Positions 40,007-42,954 of a DNA stretch of 42,954 nt are shown one piece after another. Under the pieces are notes generated by a model that was not told the DNA's origin, made no database searches, and saw only the letters and a program-made list of their open reading frames with translations. This DNA comes from an uncultured archaeon (GTDB lineage: Archaea; Asgardarchaeota; Lokiarchaeia; Sigyniarchaeales; SOKP01). The stretch is from positions 1 through 42,954 of the forward strand of contig CAYLZE010000037.1 in NCBI GenBank assembly GCA_964388035.1, read 5' to 3'. The position numbers and the translations under genes were made by a program. Each line of letters starts with the position of its first letter. The first letter of the stretch is position 1.

Positions 40007-40846
40007 TCATACAATATTGCCGCAATAATTTCCGCCGAATGGTCTCTTTGATATTGGTTTTATGACCTTAAACGGTTTGTTAAAAAGCTTGGTTTCTTCT
40101 AAACCAAATTCAGAGCAGAATTCTTTGAGGTAAGGTTTTATTTCTTCCATCTCCTCCGCACGCAAGTCAGATAATTTTGAACCTATCCCTAATTTAGGAG
40201 TTAAATCCTCATCAGTTCTTAGTAAAATCTTACCTCTATGGATCCCCGTTCCCAATTCCTTCCCACAAATCGGATCTCCACTTTCCACCACCTCTCCATT
40301 TTGAAGAATTTTTAGTCCTAATACGATGATCAAGCCTCCTGCCATGTATTCTCCCAGAAAGTCTTTAGCGGTGCCACCAACAACTATAATCGGAAACTTA
40401 TCCTTATATTCCTTGATATGAATGCCTACTCTATACCCCACGTCTTGCTTGATAAAGATTTTTCCGCCTCGAGTTGATAATCCTATGACATCCCCCGCAT
40501 CTCCGTGCACGATGATAGTACCATCGTTCATCGTATTTCCTGCTTGATCCTCGCAATTTCCATTCACGATAATTTTAGGACCATCCATGAATATACCCAA
40601 ATCATTTCCTGGTAATCCGTTTATGATGATTTCATGATCTCCTTTCAAGGAGGCCCCAATAAATCTCTGTCCGCATACTTTATTTAGAATTATCGTTCGA
40701 AAATCGTGATAAATTGCCTCGTGAATGAGTTTATTTAAATCTTTATAATTAAGCGGATTTCCATTCGGAGCCGCATCAATTTCTATCATTTTTTCTTCAT
40801 TATTTTTTGATTTCAATTCCATTTTTTGATTATTTTCTGTCATCAT
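40007..40846 (-). CDS. Archaeal glutamate synthase subunit, GXGXG domain (GltB domain 3)
   Basis: GQRFIG, GNDLG.FM.G, GNTMNDG, GYRVGIH, DFLGEYMAGG repeats. Confidence 0.9.
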   Translation of the reverse strand: MMTENNQKMELKSKNNEEKMIEIDAAPNGNPLNYKDLNKLIHEAIYHDFRTIILNKVCGQRFIGASLKGDHEIIINGLPGNDLGIFMDGPKIIVNGNCEDQAGNTMNDGTIIVHGDAGDVIGLSTRGGKIFIKQDVGYRVGIHIKEYKDKFPIIVVGGTAKDFLGEYMAGGLIIVLGLKILQNGEVVESGDPICGKELGTGIHRGKILLRTDEDLTPKLGIGSKLSDLRAEEMEEIKPYLKEFCSEFGLEETKLFNKPFKVIKPISKRPFGGNYCGNIV

Positions 40847-40855
40847 TTTTTTAAC

Positions 40856-42376
40856 TCACTCTCCTGCATGTTTTACTCCTAAAATTTCAGCAATATGAGG
40901 ATTCGGGCCAATATATCTTAAGCGATCCCTATTTGATCTTAAGGATTCAACTGAATCTATTCCCATTGCCCCGAGAACTTCCTTCAATTCTTCATTCCAA
41001 GAATGAAATAGATTAATTAACCTATTACGAGCAACATCGATATCTAATCTTTTGACAAGATACTCTTGTTGAGTGGCGATCCCCCAAGAACAGAGACCTC
41101 TGAAGCACTGTTGACACACGCGGCATCCCATCGCAATCAACACGGGCATTCCAACCATCCCCACGTCAGCCCCTAATGCTATTGCTTTTATTAAATCCGC
41201 AGAATATCTTATCGAACCTCCTGCAACCAATGTTATCTCATCTCGCAAGTTTTCTTTACGCAATCTTTCATCCACTGCCGCTATTGCTAATTCAATCGGA
41301 ATTCCCGCATGATCCCTGATAATTCTGGGAGCGGCTCCTGTCCCCCCTCTAAAGCCATCAATTGTAAGAAAATCAGCGCCTCCCCGCACGATTCCCACGG
41401 CAATGGGTGCCGAATTATGGACTGCGGCAATTTTAACTCCAATTGGAACTTTATATCGAGTAGCTTCCTTCAAAGCAGCGATTAATTGAGCTAAATCCTC
41501 TATTGAATAAATATCATGATGAGGGTAAGGTGATAACGCATCGCTCCCTTTGGGGATCATGCGTGTCTCTGAAATTAAAGAATTTACTTTTTCTCCAGGT
41601 AAATGCCCACCATGTCCGGGTTTTGCTCCTTGTCCGATCTTAATCTCTAACCCAGCAGCATTTTGTAGATAATTTATATCAACACCAAATCGACCAGAAG
41701 CTATCTCGGTGATGATATTTTGACCATATTCGTAAAAATCCGGATGCAAGCCCCCTTCTCCTGATCCTGCCAAGATGTTTAACTCTTTAGCGGCTTGGTA
41801 GATGGCCATGCAGGCATTATAGCTTATGGAACCCAAGCTCATGTGTCCCACCATTATGGGCATATCAATTTCAAAATTAGGCATGAATTCTGTTTTTAAA
41901 GAAATCTTATTGGAATCGTCTGGATCCTCCAAAAATTCGATTTGTTTTGGCTTCCGTCCAAAGAATACCTTGGTTTCGATAGTTTCCCGCAAGGGATCAA
42001 TACTTGGATTCGTGACTTGACAAGCATCTAATAATAAATCATCAAATATTGAAGGAATGGGACGATCATTTCCCGTCGCACTTAATAAAACCCCTCCATT
42101 TCCGGATTGTGACCAAATTATATTGCGAATTCTTCTATCATAATTGCCATGAGGGGGTAAATAGGATGGGTTCTTTACGATTCTAATGGCTTTCCCCGGA
42201 CACATCACGACGCATCGTTGACATGCCACGCACTTGGAATCATCTGCAACGATCCTTTCTCCATTAAATGAAAGGGCTCCATAAGAGCAATGATTGGTGC
42301 ATCGTTTACATTTTTTGCACGACTCCCGATCAATCTCAACCTTAAAATAGGATTCTATTAAATGAGTTAACGGCAT
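40856..42376 (-). CDS. Archaeal glutamate synthase FMN-binding subunit with N-terminal 2x[4Fe-4S] ferredoxin (GltB domain 2)
   Basis: Two CxxCxxCxxxC motifs, MSLGSIS, GEGG, ASGRFGV, EIKIGQGAKPG.GGHLPGEKV, HHDIYSIEDL, DGFRGGTGA, GC..CQQC..G.C. Confidence 0.94.
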   Translation of the reverse strand: MPLTHLIESYFKVEIDRESCKKCKRCTNHCSYGALSFNGERIVADDSKCVACQRCVVMCPGKAIRIVKNPSYLPPHGNYDRRIRNIIWSQSGNGGVLLSATGNDRPIPSIFDDLLLDACQVTNPSIDPLRETIETKVFFGRKPKQIEFLEDPDDSNKISLKTEFMPNFEIDMPIMVGHMSLGSISYNACMAIYQAAKELNILAGSGEGGLHPDFYEYGQNIITEIASGRFGVDINYLQNAAGLEIKIGQGAKPGHGGHLPGEKVNSLISETRMIPKGSDALSPYPHHDIYSIEDLAQLIAALKEATRYKVPIGVKIAAVHNSAPIAVGIVRGGADFLTIDGFRGGTGAAPRIIRDHAGIPIELAIAAVDERLRKENLRDEITLVAGGSIRYSADLIKAIALGADVGMVGMPVLIAMGCRVCQQCFRGLCSWGIATQQEYLVKRLDIDVARNRLINLFHSWNEELKEVLGAMGIDSVESLRSNRDRLRYIGPNPHIAEILGVKHAGE

Positions 42377-42378
42377 TA

Positions 42379-42954
42379 TTAAACCTCCATTCCACCCGTA
42401 ACAGTTAATTCAATTTTTTCAAACGGATCTTCCGATCCTTCTCTTAAGAGACCTTCTCCTAATTTTGCAATGACCGCCGTTCCACTCCTCGGATGCCATA
42501 TTTTTTTGAATTTAAATGCCTCGTTTTCAAATAAATTCAGTCTTTTAAAGGAAGCTTCTTCACTGCTCATGAAGATAGTATTTTCATCTTCTGAAATCCC
42601 CGCAACAAGCGGACGCAGCTTTTTCCTGTCTGAGAGTCCAATTAACGTGGGGACGGGATTATTTTGTCCCACGATGATGGAAAAGGGACCATTAAGCATG
42701 GCAGAACGATACGTTGCCCGAATGCTCTTCAACGCAATTTGATAAGATTCTTTCATTTGTTCTATCTCATCAAAAAGTGGGGGTGCTAAAGCTAAACTGG
42801 CAATCGTTAAGGGCATTTTGTGTTTTCTGGTAAGTAAATCAAAGAGATAGGCAATAACTTCGGTATCGGTATATAGCGTGCACTTGTATCCAAAAGATTC
42901 CAAGAAACGCATGTTAGTCCCATAGGATGTAATTTCTCCGTTATGAACCACGGA
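42379..42954 (-). CDS. Archaeal glutamate synthase glutamine amidotransferase subunit (GltB domain 1), 5'-partial
   Basis: HNGEITSY, TDTEV, LNGPFS, DR..LRP, SSEE. The frame runs off the window end. Confidence 0.9.
   Translation of the reverse strand, partial: SVVHNGEITSYGTNMRFLESFGYKCTLYTDTEVIAYLFDLLTRKHKMPLTIASLALAPPLFDEIEQMKESYQIALKSIRATYRSAMLNGPFSIIVGQNNPVPTLIGLSDRKKLRPLVAGISEDENTIFMSSEEASFKRLNLFENEAFKFKKIWHPRSGTAVIAKLGEGLLREGSEDPFEKIELTVTGGMEV

Noticed and set aside
2855-42742. Numerous 60-130 aa ORFs antisense to or nested within long genes
   Set aside because: Shadow ORFs of well-supported genes with no independent evidence.
1-42954. CRISPR array, tRNA/rRNA genes, intact transposase or integrase
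   Set aside because: No regularly spaced repeats, cloverleaf or rRNA signatures, or DDE/tyrosine-recombinase motifs were seen.
352-42954. Clustering of glutamine amidotransferases (pyrG, carA, nadE, gltB) as one regulon
   Set aside because: The genes are dispersed, on different strands, and no shared upstream motif was evident.

Overview
AT-rich archaeal chromosomal segment. It is most consistent with an Asgard/Lokiarchaeia-type genome, inferred from TATA/BRE promoters, T-tract terminators, an archaeal three-gene glutamate synthase, an AcnX pair, frequent TTG starts and TPR/Zn-ribbon proteins. Most of the window is housekeeping metabolism: pyrG, a heterodimeric ABC exporter, a GPH-family MFS transporter, M20 hydrolases, carA/carB, aconitase X subunits, UvrD, a URO-D family protein, GH36, thrC, nadE and gltB1-3. 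The main finding is that pyrG (CTP synthase) is interrupted inside its conserved D-x-G-x-YERF motif by a 31-nt insert that folds with both flanks into a bulge-helix-bulge (BHB) motif. Cutting at the canonical tRNA-splicing-endonuclease positions removes exactly 632-662 and restores a 575-aa CTP synthase, so this is a candidate tRNA-type intron in an mRNA. Other notable items are an adjacent 4xHTH plus nuclease-like gene, an unassigned ~350-nt structured RNA with its own promoter and terminator, a remnant of a second diverged carA allele, a probable non-canonical start codon, and a ~150-aa Gly/Met-rich insert in an ABC ATPase domain.
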